DNA from: Octopus sinensis
Taxonomy: Eukaryota
DNA: 64,000 bases
NCBI RefSeq assembly: GCF_006345805.1
Contig: NC_042998.1
Coordinates: 58,094,001 to 58,158,000 of the forward strand
Direction: 5' to 3'
The first letter of the stretch is position 1. Every line of letters begins with the position of its first letter. Positions 1 to 12,764 of this stretch are shown piece after piece. The notes beneath the pieces are model-generated. The model was given only the letters and a program-made list of their open reading frames with translations. It was not told where the DNA came from and did not search any database. The translations under genes were made by a program, and so were the position numbers.

Positions 1-292
1 ACTTCAATCTACAGACAGATCACACAACTTAAAGTTATTTGTCATAAACCTACTCGTGTAATATGAAACAAGGTTCTCCTATTTTAGGGTAGAAACAATC
101 GATTAAATCTACTCCAAAATATTGTGGGGCTCACTTATTTTATCCAATGAAAGTTTTGGTCGACCCAAATAATGATTGTAATTCAGAATGTAAAGAACGA
201 TAGCTTATAAAACGAAATAATAAAGGTTACCAACATTAGTACAAAAACACATATTTAAAGGAGAGTAGAGTCGATATAGTAGATCTTAGCAC

Positions 293-1140
293 TTGAAGAA
301 TAAAGTAAAAAATCGACCAGGTAGAATTTACATCAGAATGTGGATGTATCATTGGAAAAGTGAAATAATTATAAACGAGACATTGCAAGAGTTTTTCTGT
401 ATTCACACATACAATAATGAAATTATTGTATACAGTGCTCAGGTGCACCACAACTTGTCAAAAGTGCATATAAAGCATATGCAGTAATGTATAAATGTCT
501 GGGAAGTGAACAGTGTATGACTCAGATACATGCTTGTGTGCGTATGGAGGGGAGAAAATCGGGTGTAGTGTTGGCAAATCTCAGGAAGCATAGAATTTTT
601 GAAGGATGCAGTGCTCCGACAACTAACAACGGATGCCGGTAGTTTGTTCCAAACTTCAGCAACTCTTAGCATGAAAAAATGTTTCCGAAAGTCATAGGAG
701 CTGTACTGTTTTCTGACTTTGTAAACATGTCCACAGGTATTAGACAGGTGGAGTTTGAAAAGGTGCTCAGAGTTATTGTTTGTAAGATGGTTAATAATTT
801 TATGGGTGTCTGTCAAGTCAGCTGCCTGACGTCGGAGTTTCAATGCCCGGGGAAGTAAGGCGTTCAGAATATGGCAAATGCGTGATGGAGGGTATTCTCT
901 TAGTTGTACGTCGCTGAACGGTTTCCAGACGATTAATATCCTGGGTAAGATAGAGGTTCCAGACCGGTGATGCAAATTCCAGGTGAGGTCACACCATAGC
1001 TATATAAAACCTCAAATAGATAGGCGGAGAGCGGCTCACAAAGGACTTGGTGACTGATGCCAAGACACCCTCATCCTTCTTGGCAATTTTAGCAATGTGT
1101 TTTGTCCAACGCAAATCGCTGTCGACAATAATGCCCAGAC
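293..1140 (-). mobile_element. 5'-truncated, decayed CR1/L2-group non-LTR retrotransposon (RT C-terminus + 3' UTR)
   Basis: Minus-strand translation across one stop and a frameshift gives LGIIVDSDLRWTKHIAKIAKK...PHLEFASPVWN...INRLETVQRRTTKRIP...LKLRRQAADLTDTHKII...RKHFFMLRVAEVWNKLPASVV. This is the typical post-RT region of CR1/L2-type ORF2. The 3' boundary is approximate. Confidence 0.85.
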
Positions 1141-2310
1141 ACCAATAATTCCACTAGCCTTGTTTGGTAACAAATAAAAGACTAACATGGTGTGTCTATC
1201 TCGTTTTGAGTTTTGTCGCTAATGCTGTTTTATAAATAATGTAAAAATCAATTCATTTTCAAACACCAAGAAATTAATATTGTCGCGGTTGTACCGTTGA
1301 GAAGAGGCTATTCTGTGATTTGGTTTTAATGTCTGTTTGTAGCCATTTCATTTCACTTACATCGCTTATGTTATTGCGTTTTTGACAAATATATAAGCGT
1401 CCAAACTTCTCCCTTGTTTTATATACCTGGATCGTTAATGGTTATTTAATAATTTATTAACGTTAGAATGCATCGGTTTCCTGTAAGATTTGATCTCAGA
1501 AATGTAATTTAACAAACCTCTCTCGTTCATAATGTTACAGTTTAATGTCCAGCCTCATAAATCCAGTTAAATATATTGTAAAATGCTGTTCAACGTAATA
1601 AAACTGAGCTGAATTACAGAATCTAATCAATATGGAATAAAAATAATTTTCGCTGGCTGTTATTATCTGTCAAGGATTGGATAATAAATCATTGACCGAA
1701 CATTTAGTTAGAAATCACAAATATCCTAAACGAACGTAGCGTTATTTTGTGAGTGTATGCTTAAAGAGTTCGGTGTATAGCGGATAGTAAATTGTAATTA
1801 AGATTAAAACATAAATTGATATAATTTCCAATGCAGTAGATTGAATAAGTTATGATGAAAAATTACCAAACAGAGGTCACATTGAAATCATCTAACATAT
1901 TATATATTCTGAATAATAGAACGTTTAAGAACATTCGAAAGCAGAATAAAATAACTAAAATAAGAAAACACAAATGTAAGTTTTAAGTTAAATAAGTGAA
2001 CATGATTTGTAAAGGAAGGAAATACCATCAATCTATGGAATTTATGTTCTGAAATACAATACATTAACCCAGTAGCTGCCACTGTTTTGGAACACTAACC
2101 TAAAATATGTGATCCTGCCCTTTCTTAAATAGTGTAGCTTAAAGATGGATTTAAAGAAAACGCTAATTATATAATGAAAATAAATGTAGCGAGATTTGAT
2201 AGGATATCCGAACATAGAATGAGCTAGTTTTAGAACGCGTATCCCTGAATAATAGTAACCCTTAGTGGTACAGCTATCGCTGATGGTATCAGAAATATTC
2301 TTTTCTATTC

Positions 2311-2697
2311 TAGGCAGAAGGCCCGAAATTTGGGGGAGGGGGCCTGTCGATTAAATTGACCCTTGTACACAACTGGTATTTAATTTATCGACCCCGAAAG
2401 GATGAAAGGCAAAGTCGACCTCAGTGGAATTTGAACTCAGAGCTTAAAGACAGACGAAATACCTATTTTTTTACTACTCACAAGGGGCTAAACACAGAGA
2501 GGATACACTAGGACAGACAAACGGATTAAGTCAATTATATCGATCCCAGTGCGTAACTAGTACTTAATTTATCGACCCCGACAGGATGAAAGGCAAAGTC
2601 GACTTCAGTGGAATTTGAACTCAGAACGTAACCGCAAACGAAATACGGCTACGCATTTCGCCCGGCGTGCTAACGTTTCTGCCAGCTCGTCGCCTTT
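2311..2697 (-). mobile_element. Dimeric tRNA-derived SINE (Meta-domain-like core)
   Basis: Minus strand has a tRNA-like head (GGCGACGAGCTGGCAGAAACGTTAGCAC...GAGTTCAAATTCC). The core GACTTTGCCTTTCATCCTTTCGGGGTCGATAAATTAA occurs twice. The same dimer recurs at 10268-10650. Confidence 0.8.
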
Positions 2698-2715
2698 CAT
2701 TGAAAAATACATTTT

Positions 2716-2870
2716 TTCGACTCTAGGCACAAGTCCCGGAATTTTTTGGAAGGAGGGCTAGTTGATTAGATCGAGTCCAGTACGCTACTAGTACTTAATT
2801 TATAGACCTCGAAAGAATGAAAGGCAAAGCCGACCTCGGTTGAATTTGAACTCAGAACGTAAGGACAGAT
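2716..2870 (-). mobile_element. Headless monomer of the same SINE family
   Basis: Contains GAAAGAATGAAAGGCAAAGCCGACCTCGG...GAATTTGAACTCAGAACG on +, matching the core at 2395-2445. Confidence 0.75.
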
Positions 2871-4964
2871 GAATGTAAGATATATTGTTGTTATTCGTAT
2901 GTTTTGGGTTAATGATTTAATGTGTTATAATCAAGGTTTCTCTCCCTGCTCAGGCCACAGCATAACAATGAACGGTTGAATATAAAATAAAAGATAAACA
3001 TGAAATATCTTTGAACGACAATGACAGAAGAAATACACTAAATTTGTAACAAAGTTACTTGTCACAGACTGACCTTTCCCTTGTCTCCTCAACTGCAAGC
3101 CGTTAAATTTGATAACAGTTTCTAAATACTATTGATTAGGAAGGAGAGACTGTTCGGCAATTCAATTCGTTTGTGTGTGAAAAAAGCAGTTATCCAGTAA
3201 AAATGTAAATCAACAAAGTTTTTAAGTCTCAGATCAATCTTGAATCGAGCTGATGAAAGGCATTCGAGTTATATGACTCATATCATCCCAGAGTAGTTTA
3301 GGACCATATCCAATGTGTTCTTTGCATATTTCAGAACGTAGGGTGATCAAATATATGTGAGATTTACCTGCTATTTCAAGAAAGTTGAGCGACTGTATAG
3401 ATGCTCTACGAGCGGACACCTGCTCTGAATCTAGAAGATACCTCCTCGGGCATAACCACGCTGTCACTGGTTACACAGCATTAAAAACATTCATTTAAGT
3501 TAATCCTTAAATTGCAGGTGATAACCTAGATGGTTAGGTTCGTAAGGGTGTAAACTGGCAAACATGAAACAATACAAATAAATTGTAGTCATCAAACGAA
3601 ACTGAGAGAATGGGTTGGCAAACATTAGAACGCCGGTCTAAATATTTTATTGTATTTACGATTTGTCAATAACAATGACAGGACATAGACTCTCGATTAT
3701 TCTATTAAACTGCCAACTCTTTATCAATCCAACCATTGTATTTCTCTACGATTCTGTGATGGTTTATAATCTAGAGAGTAAAATTGTTGGTGGAAACGTT
3801 AGACATTTATTTAGCATCGTCCCTCTGTTTTCTGTGTTGAATTTCATTCCCTTGAGATTGAATTAAGTAAGTACCAGTTTTATAAAGTGTTTTAGTTCAA
3901 TTGACTGAACAGCCCTTCCTACTAACATTTACCTTGAACATAGTCAAAATGTATCGTAAGCTCGAAATAAGAGAATAAATTATGTTTAGTGCTAATTCGA
4001 AGGAAAATAATAGAAAGAGCGAAAAACAATACTGTCAGAACAAATGGATAGACTAATTACTTTCAGCAATCGCATTATCAACCTCTATGGCAACAATCAT
4101 TTAATTATATTGCTTTATTTCTGATCCAGCAGGAGCTTAAGTACGTAATTTTGGAGTATCAACTGGCAGGCACAATAGGATTAGAGATATGTTTATGCTG
4201 AACAGAGACCACAATCTGATTTCAATTCCAGTTAAGGAGAGATTCCATTTCAATCACGCTGTCAGTGTTGTCATCGGTCAACTGATGGACGTGACAACAA
4301 TACATTACCTGCTAACAAAATAAGAAAGTATGCAATAACTTGGACGCTCAAATTGCTAGAAATAGTTGTTAAAAATCTTCCTCAAAACGCATTCCACTAT
4401 TGTAGGCTGAGTATGAAGAATTGGTTAGTGTAGTCTTATGCAACGTGGTCATGATTGAAATATTTTTGGATAGTGGTTCTCCCAGTGAACGTTTACCTAG
4501 GGATAAACAGTAATAAAAGTAATATAACAGAATTTATAAGTTAAAACTAAGTATAAGATATGATTAGTAGCTTGGTAAAGTCATGGTGATTACACCATTA
4601 AGGTCTTGATCTCCGAGTAATGTATCTTGGGTTAATTATTCTGGTTGATCCGCAACTCGTTATACTGTAATCAGAACAGGATTTGAATACAACACAGAAT
4701 TATGAAACATTTGTAAATTATTCAATGCTCCTGTGTTTAACGGAATTAATGGTAGCATAAACATATTTACAGTCATTGCTCCATATGACAACTGGATCGC
4801 TAACATTTCTGATAGTAATCTTACACACAAGAACTATTTTAATTTTATGATTTCAGTATGATATAGATAAAATGTATAATATGAAGTAAGATAGGAGGAG
4901 GTAACTAATGCTCAACTACTTCCAGAAAAGTATATTCAGAAATTAGCTGAATTTAAATTTTTCC

Positions 4965-5080
4965 CTTCTACTCTAGGCACAAGTTTCGAAATTTAGATCG
5001 ACCCCAGTACGCAACTGGTATTTAATTTATCGATCTCGAAAGGATGAAAGGCGAAGTCGACATCGGTGGAATTTGAAGCT
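4965..5080 (-). mobile_element. SINE fragment (Meta-like core)
   Basis: ATCGACCCCAGTACGCAACTGGTATTTAATTTATCGATCTCGAAAGGATGAAAGGCGAAGTCGAC matches the other copies. Confidence 0.7.
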
Positions 5081-5210
5081 GAATTTAAATGATTGTCATA
5101 AACATTTACGTATATGTATATAGGGCAGTATTATAGTTCGCTTGACACATTGAGTATTATTTGTGAACAATAATAATAAATGGTAATAATGTGTTTTAAA
5201 TGAGACAACA

Positions 5211-6083
5211 ATGCACTATTAGAACAACAATGGACTATAATAACTGGTGTAATTTAATTATCTATAGTCTGATATAATCTTCAGATATCCCTCGGGATTG
5301 ATCGAGTCACTGCTACAATCGATTTTCCAACGTTTTTTTCCTTCTTTTCTGCCCCCTTCTTCCTTCTTCTTGTTTTCCCTTTTTTTTATTTCCCTGGAAG
5401 TGTCTCTGCAATGGTCTCACGAAGCTCCTTCCGGAATTCCTCGTGAGAAATGCGTGAGGACGGGTATGTCTTAGGCTCGTTTGTGCTGGCACATCCGTAG
5501 CGCTGATTCTAAGTTATGTATTGTACGTACAATTTCCACTTTTTCTCCTTCTTCTTCCCCTTTTTCCTTCCCCTTTTTCTCTTCGCCTTTTTTTAAATAA
5601 ATAATACATGGGCATATCATAAAAGAAATATTTACGACATGCTCATGAATTATTTATAAAAAGAAAGGGTGAAGAAAGAAAAGAGAAAAGAAAAGAGTAG
5701 AAAAAAAGGAAGGAGAAGGAGAAAAAAGAGGAAACTGCGCGTATAATACATAACAAAAGTAGCGCTACGGATGTGCCAGCACACACGAGCCTGAGACATG
5801 GCTGCCCTCACGCACTTCTCACGAGGAATTCCGGAAGGAGCTTCGTGAGACCAGTGCAGAGACACTTCTGGGGAAATAAAAAAAGGGAAAAAGGAAGCAG
5901 GAAGAAAGGGGCGGAAAAGAAAAAAACAACAAAACAGCCTTTGGAAAATCGATTGTAGCAGTGACTCGATCAATCCTTAGGGATATCTGAAGAAAGAATT
6001 TTTATATTCTGAAATATTATGTCAGGCTATAGATGATTAAAGTGCACCAGTTATAATAGTCCGTTGTTGTTATTATAGTGTAT
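5211..6083. repeat. Long imperfect inverted repeat (fold-back), arms of about 400 bp
   Basis: GGTCTCACGAAGCTCCTTCCGGAATTCCTCGTGAGAA (left arm) is the reverse complement of TTCTCACGAGGAATTCCGGAAGGAGCTTCGTGAGACC (right arm). The match extends through both arms. Confidence 0.9.
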
Positions 6084-6134
6084 GGTTGCGCCATTCATAA
6101 AACATTATTACTATTTATTATTATTATTGTTCAC

Positions 6135-6206
<72 letters not shown>

Positions 6207-6964
6207 ACATGGAAAAATGCGAGCAAGAGAAATAATATTAAGATTATAAACTTGGAAAGTACACGGTAAGTTATTACACTTGGAAAAGTGTAATAAAAGT
6301 GTTATTACATCAAGTTATGTACAGAACAAGAAACATTTTACTTAAAATATTGCAGCTAAGGAAAAAATTTCAGATAAAATATTTAGCTTTAGAAAATATT
6401 TGCTTTTTATTAAAAGTATAAATTTTATTTATAGAAAAAATGTATTTAAAATGATAGTAGTACATAATTAGTACAATAAATAGAATAATACAAAAATTAT
6501 TTATATGATATAGTAAAATCTACCTAGAACAAGTTCACAGGAAAATTTGCTTGAGTTGTTAACGAAGTTATTGCCAAGTTTTCACATTTTATTCTTGCCC
6601 CAATTCCTTTTTTTTTACATAATGAATTTGCTTACCGTATAAACTATTCTACTTTGCATAAAACTTTAGCTATATTGGTACTTCTGGCTCTCACTTTTTA
6701 AGTATTCTAGCGAGTGGATATTTTAACAAAATGATGGCACATTTTTTTAAAATTATAATGTTACTTTGTAAATTAAAAGCGAATAAATTTTAATGTTCAA
6801 ATTTTATCTTTAGCTGCAATATTTTAAATAATAATTTCCCTGTTCTGTACTTTACCAGATGTAGTAACTTTTCCTGAACATTTCCAAGTGTAAAAACCTG
6901 TCCTCTATTTTTCAAGGTTTATAATCTTAAGAATATTATTTCTCTTGCTCGCATTGTTCCATGT
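6207..6964. repeat. Fold-back element with arms of about 200 bp and an AT-rich spacer
   Basis: ACATGGAAAAATGCGAGCAAGAGAAATAATATT at the left end mirrors AATATTATTTCTCTTGCTCGCATTGTTCCATGT at the right end. It follows a (TA)n tract. Confidence 0.8.
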
Positions 6965-7776
6965 AATCCATATTTTTTCCAGGCCATGCTCTTATGCTAA
7001 TTAATAACGTGTCAATTAATAATTTATGATTTTATATTATTGAAAATCACCCCAATGATGCCGGTGACATGTACTAAAAGTACTCTTAAAGAACTATATT
7101 CATAAAAATATTATAGAATTATATTATCACTCTCAAATTTGAGAAACAAACACTCATAGCTTTTTTCTCTTAAAACTTCCTGGCATCAGATTGATACCAT
7201 GAAATTCCTTGAATTGATCTCTATCATTAAAGCTTAATTAAAATATAATTTGTTTTAAAAATAAAAAGTTAATTATACTTAAATTTAATTTTTTGCCTTA
7301 CTTATATTTTTTCATGGTATTTTACCTCACAACTTTTTGAATATAATTTTTTTTTTTGTTTGGGACCAAAACTATGAAATTCTTCATGATTTCTTCTGTC
7401 ACTGAAACTAAGATAGATATAATTTACTTTTAAAATAAAAGAGTTATTTAGATCTTAACTTGATTGGAGTCGTTACTCAATCTTCTGTAAAGTTGCTACA
7501 AATTTTGATGCAGACTTTTTCTACTGGACCAAATCTCAATTTCTTTTATGCAAGTCCTCTTCAAAAGTGTTAACATTTCTTACTTTGGTTAAGAATTGAA
7601 TTAGCGACAAAGCTCTGAAGATGCTATGTGTGAGTAAATACGGCCTTAAGAATATTATTCAACTACGGCAGTAGTTGAATGATAAATATAATATATATAT
7701 ATTATATATATATTATATATATATTATATATATATATATGCATATATATATATACATGTCTATATACACACCCCCC

Positions 7777-7812
<36 letters not shown>

Positions 7813-7816
<4 letters not shown>

Positions 7817-8110
7817 CTTGATCACCTTGACCGACCAGTCCGTCGGGCGTCTATTTGACACCGCTGGTCACAGAACGCTGTCCACTCCTCTCTGGATCGC
7901 GCCTTCCTCATCCACGCGATCCCTATCGCCCTCCTCAAATCGTAACTCCACCGTCGTGGAGGCCTTCCGAGTGATCGTTTCCGCTCGCGCGGGTACCACT
8001 CGACATCTACGCGGGTCCACCGATTATCGGTGAGCCGGGCGACGTGTCTATCCCATCTAAACTTGCTGCGTGTATATTCTACGATGACATCTCTCTCAAC
8101 GAGATTCCAA
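7813..8110 (-). mobile_element. RTE-clade LINE 3' fragment
   Basis: The ORF reads KFRWDRHVARLTDNRWTRVDVEWYPRERKRSLGRPPRRWSYDLRR...ARSREEW, typical of the RTE ORF C-terminus. It has a tandem tail (TCAAGGTGA x2) abutting (TA)n. Confidence 0.9.
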
Positions 8111-8192
8111 GTATTGATCTCTCCATGGCTCTTTGAGCCGTTACCAATCTCTGCTCTTCTCTCTTTGTTGTATCCCATGTTTCACTACCAAA

Positions 8193-8506
8193 TTGCTTTG
8201 TTTGTGTGTGTGTGTATTTACAGCTTAAAATCCCTGACAGACAGAACAAGTTTATAAATAATCATACTAATACAAAAGAATAAACTAAAATAAAAGCGTA
8301 ACAAATATAAAAAAATGAAATTACGGGTAAACAAAACAGTTAAATGTTCTGTTGTTTCAATAATTTTGTAGCCTCCATGAATTCGGAGATCTTATGGTTG
8401 ATAGATCCTTGAAAAGAAATAGTAGAATTTAAAAACCAATTTTAAAACGTCTTCTGGTATCGTTTGCAATCGAACAATATATATATATATCCCATATTTC
8501 ATCTCT

Positions 8507-8570
<64 letters not shown>

Positions 8571-8577
8571 TAATATA

Positions 8578-8669
<92 letters not shown>

Positions 8670-8946
8670 ACATTGTTCGATTGCAAACGTTTTTAAATTG
8701 GTTTTTAAATTCTACTAAGGCTGGTGGTGCAATTTCTTTTCAAGGATCTATCAACCATAAGATCTCCCAGTTCATGGAGGCTACAAAATTATTGAACAAC
8801 AGAACATTTAACGGGATTTTTAACCTGTAATTTCATTTTTTGTTTGTTTGTTACGCTTTTATTTTAGTTTATTCTTTTGTATTAGTGTTATTATTTATAA
8901 ACTTTTACCGTCATGGATGTTAAGCTGTAAATACACACACACAAAA

Positions 8947-9002
<56 letters not shown>

Positions 9003-9010
9003 CAAAGCAA
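8193..9010. repeat. Fold-back with arms of about 290 bp around a (CT)n(TA)n loop
   Basis: GGAGATCTTATGGTTGATAGATCCTTGAAAAGAAAT (left) pairs with ATTTCTTTTCAAGGATCTATCAACCATAAGATCTCC (right). Confidence 0.9.
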
Positions 9011-9879
9011 ATACAAATAACACAAAATGGCGAAAGGCCAAGGGACAATTACTGTTAACATTAGTAGGTGGACGCTCAAGGAGAGAAAAAGTCACAGAGT
9101 AAATGACGTTTCAGACTTAGTCCTACGTTCGATATCACAAGAACGTCCAGAACAGACTGTGATGAGAAGAGAGAAATAGATGATCTAGAATTTTTCAAAG
9201 GTAGAAAAAAAAGCAAGAAAACATTCCCCGCACAGGAACTGAGACACCAATCTGTTGCATGTTAGGTGTCAGGGCTACCAAATGCATTGAAAATATCCCA
9301 AACAAAGCACCTTCACTGGGGAACAAGGTTTTTTGTTGTCTAATGTTGGAAGCATGCATCCTAGTAACTTTGGACTGTTGATTTCAAAACTGAAAACCAT
9401 TTTACTCTACCACGTCAAGATTTTCCACACATTCAAATGTCTTTTTTCAACATTTCCTGTAAGTATTGTCACCATTTCTAAGGATTGATTTGGCTAAATC
9501 AAATGCATACCCATGTATGTAGCTTGACAAAACTTTGACAATATAGACTTTCAATATCATTTAATGTAAATGCAGCCTCAAAAGTGAAAACAAAAGTCAT
9601 GATTTAGGTACCTTCGTAAACAAAAAACATTAAACTTGGGCAACTTTCGCTAATTCAATCTAACCAGCTTTAAATGCTATGATGATGACTGAAATGTTCT
9701 TAATACATTTAGCTGTAAGTAAACAAAAACTTTCTTTGGTCCTTGATATCATACATGTTTCATATTCATGGAATTTGCCCGCAGATATGTTTAAACTATG
9801 CTTGATTTAATATAACCTTTAATTATTCCTTATGAAAGTTGAGATTTGTAATGTCCCCATTAATGTTACACTCTACCTG

Positions 9880-10140
9880 GGCAGCGAAACGAAATCATAG
9901 AGTTTGTGAAGAAAACTTGTCTTACTTACTTTGACATGAAACTTGATGAGTGATCGAGACAAATTCTGGGCACTCTATATAGTGTATAAAATGTGTTGAA
10001 ACGCTGAGACTGTGCCTGTTTCAAATACTTGATCAGAAAGCTTTCAGCTTTGTCTTGTGAGAAAATTAAGACTGGTGCATTTGACAGGCCACTGAATAGG
10101 TGGTTGCTGCAGGACAACAGCTTTTGGACAACATGTCTGA
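9880..10140 (+). mobile_element. Internally deleted, decayed Chapaev(3)-like DNA transposase fragment
   Basis: Frameshifted translation EFVKKTCLTYFDMKLD/DRDKFWALYIVYK/CVETLRL is joined to CFKYLIRKLSALSCEKIKTGAFDRPLNRWLLQDNSF. It resembles the motifs FVKKAYxAYFGxKLGDQDKxWAPH and EKIKAGxFDGPQIR, recalled from this family. Confidence 0.6.
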
Positions 10141-10267
10141 CGTTGTAATCACGATGTCAATTTTTGTCTGAGTCAAGTGATAAAGCGAACTCATCAGATA
10201 TAATAATCAAACTGGTTGCCCTATGTCATTAATATTTAAAATAATGTTACATTATGTTTATATTCTT

Positions 10268-10650
10268 TTCTATTCGAGGCACAAGGCCCGAAATTTGGGG
10301 GAGGGGGCCTGTCGATTAAATTGATCCTTGTACACAACTGGTATTTAATTTATCGACCCCGAAAGGATGAAAGGCAAAGTCGACCTCAGTGGAATTTGAA
10401 CTCAGAACTTAAAGACAGACGAAATACCTATTCCTTTACTACCCACAAAGAGCTAAACACAGAGTGTACAAGCAAGGACAGACAAACGGCTTAGGTCGAC
10501 CCTAGTGCGTAACTGGTACTTAATTTATCGACTCCGAAAGGATGAAAGGCAAAGTCGACCTCGGCGGAATTTGAACTCAGAACGTAATGGCAGACGAAAT
10601 ACGGCTACGCATTTCGCCCGGCGTGCTAACGATTCTGCCAGCTCGCCACC
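10268..10650 (-). mobile_element. Dimeric tRNA-derived SINE, second copy
   Basis: Same two-core layout and same internal junction (AGACGAAATACCTATT...TTTACTAC) as 2311-2697. Confidence 0.8.
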
Positions 10651-10690
10651 ATTTCTTTATGTATGTAACACATATATGTGTGTATGTATA

Positions 10691-10740
<50 letters not shown>

Positions 10741-11199
10741 AGAGAGACAAAGAGACACTGACAGAGACAGAGACACTGAGAGGGACAAAGAGAGATTGAG
10801 AGAGAGAGAGAGAGGGACAGACAGACAGACAGATAGACAGTCAGTGGGGAGCGAAATAGTTTGGTTCATGGAGTTTTGGTGAGGGCCTGGCTTTTGGGAG
10901 GAATAGGTGTATATAGAGAAAAGTAATCCAATAAATTTAGATGATAAAAATGTATTAGGATGTAGATAGAAAACTAGAAATGCTAGTTAATTGATGAGTG
11001 AGTTTTAATTGAGTATGCGAGCGGTACGCATTTGATATCATGGCTGGTACATAATAAATCCGCATATTTCACAAGTCGCGTAACTCAGACGGTCGTAGTC
11101 AAAACTAACGAAGGGAACGAGCTGAAAGTCTCAAGGTGGTCGACTCTGTGTATGTTTGATTTGTTCCAGTCATTAGAGTACGGCTACGCTGCTGGGGAA

Positions 11200-11525
11200 A
11201 CTAACTTAGTGTTTTAGTCAAACAAATCGACGTCAGTGTTTGATTTTTAAGTCTGGTATCAATGCAAATGGATTGTTTAAGTCCCTATAGCTTAATACTT
11301 CGGTGAACTAGACCAACAACGGTTGTCAGCTGGTATCGGGATAACCACAGATACAAAGACACGCACACATATACAGGATTGACTTCCATACAATTTCTGT
11401 CTGCCACAAGGCATTGGTCGACCTTATACTAGAAGACACTTGCTCCAGATGAGGCTCAGTGGGACTGAACGAGAGATCACACAGCTGAAAATTGAACTTC
11501 TTAAACACACAACCGTGCCTGCGCA
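11200..11525 (-). mobile_element. Older, diverged CORE-like SINE
   Basis: CACAAGGCATTGGTCGACCTTATACTAGAAGACACTTGCTCCAGATG...CAGTGGGACTGAAC matches the family at 12785-13197. Confidence 0.6.
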
Positions 11526-12018
11526 CAAATTATTTACACAAATGTGTCAAAAAGGAACTTGTTGTTGTGAAGACTCAAATGACTTCCTCCGATCAACGTA
11601 TGAACAAAGACAATCACGCCATAGCTCTCTTGTCAATATTGTCCAACGGTACCTTTATAAAACGGTTGTGTATGAGATGAAGATAATTTAGCCATCTCGT
11701 CTTTATTCCTAAAAGGGTTTATTCTGCCCAGAATTAGCTTGCTGCATGCAACCACTACACGGATCACGGAACATAGACATTTTCCGTTGCAATTTATTCT
11801 CTTAATCTTCCTCCCATGACATGCACTAACCCCTGTGTTCAATCCTTCATCTTCAGAGTATCAATTGTCTGAAATTAATGAAATTCTCTTCTTGTCCATG
11901 TTTTTCTTACGGATATTGACTTACTAACATTTTAACACAGCATCAATATCAACCTCACTAATCTCGAAGGATCCACAAATGTCATGTATACAACCCCGTT
12001 CTTCTGATTAAAACAATA

Positions 12019-12056
<38 letters not shown>

Positions 12057-12764
12057 GTTTTGTTTTTGGCTAAGATTTGCATTAAAGAATTGGCACGTGA
12101 TTAACGACCGGATAATTGGGATTTCAAATCTTATCAGATGATTATCGTTTCCGATATAGGTGAAATGTTACACCTCTTCCTTCCTCTTCTCTCTCTCTCC
12201 TCCTCTTTCTCTCTCTAGATGTCTTCTCATTACTCCCTCTTTCTGTTCATTTCCTTTTCTCTCCCACCACTTTTCTTCACCATTCTCTATACATCTCTTC
12301 TTCCTCTCTTCATCTCGCTTCCTCTTTCTTTTTCTCATTAAGGTTTAAACACCTTTCAGAAAGCTGATAAAGTATAAAGAACGATACTCTACTGACAATA
12401 AAGAAGTAACATTAATGTACAAATAATTATATACTATATTAAATGAACGAATATATTGCTTATAAATATAGACTTGTATTTGTTCAACACGCAGATTTCC
12501 ATTGCTCTTAGAGATAAATATCGATCTTTTGCTAATATATTTGTAAATGTTCTCATTAATTAATAGGGAATGATCAGAGAAGTGAAAATCTCTCTCCTAT
12601 CGTCTTATGAAACAAATAGGTTTATGAATTATGGTTAGAGGAGATACAAAATTATGTTGTTCTCTTTCAGCTTAAAAGACAAGATGGATGTCTTGAATCA
12701 GTATCCCGGTTGCTTTGATTAAAAATAGAAATTATTAATGACTAGAGTTAAGGCGACGAACTAG

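Noticed and set aside
3245-3290. CTGATGA word
   Set aside because: Not followed by a stem II and GAAA.
3337-3500. Possible upstream exon (DLPAISRKLSDCIDALRADTCSESRRYLL)
   Set aside because: An in-frame stop lies just upstream of the peptide, and there is no convincing donor or start codon.
9104-9170. GAAACGTC half-motif of an HHR on the minus strand
   Set aside because: No CUGANGA core or stems at the required distance.
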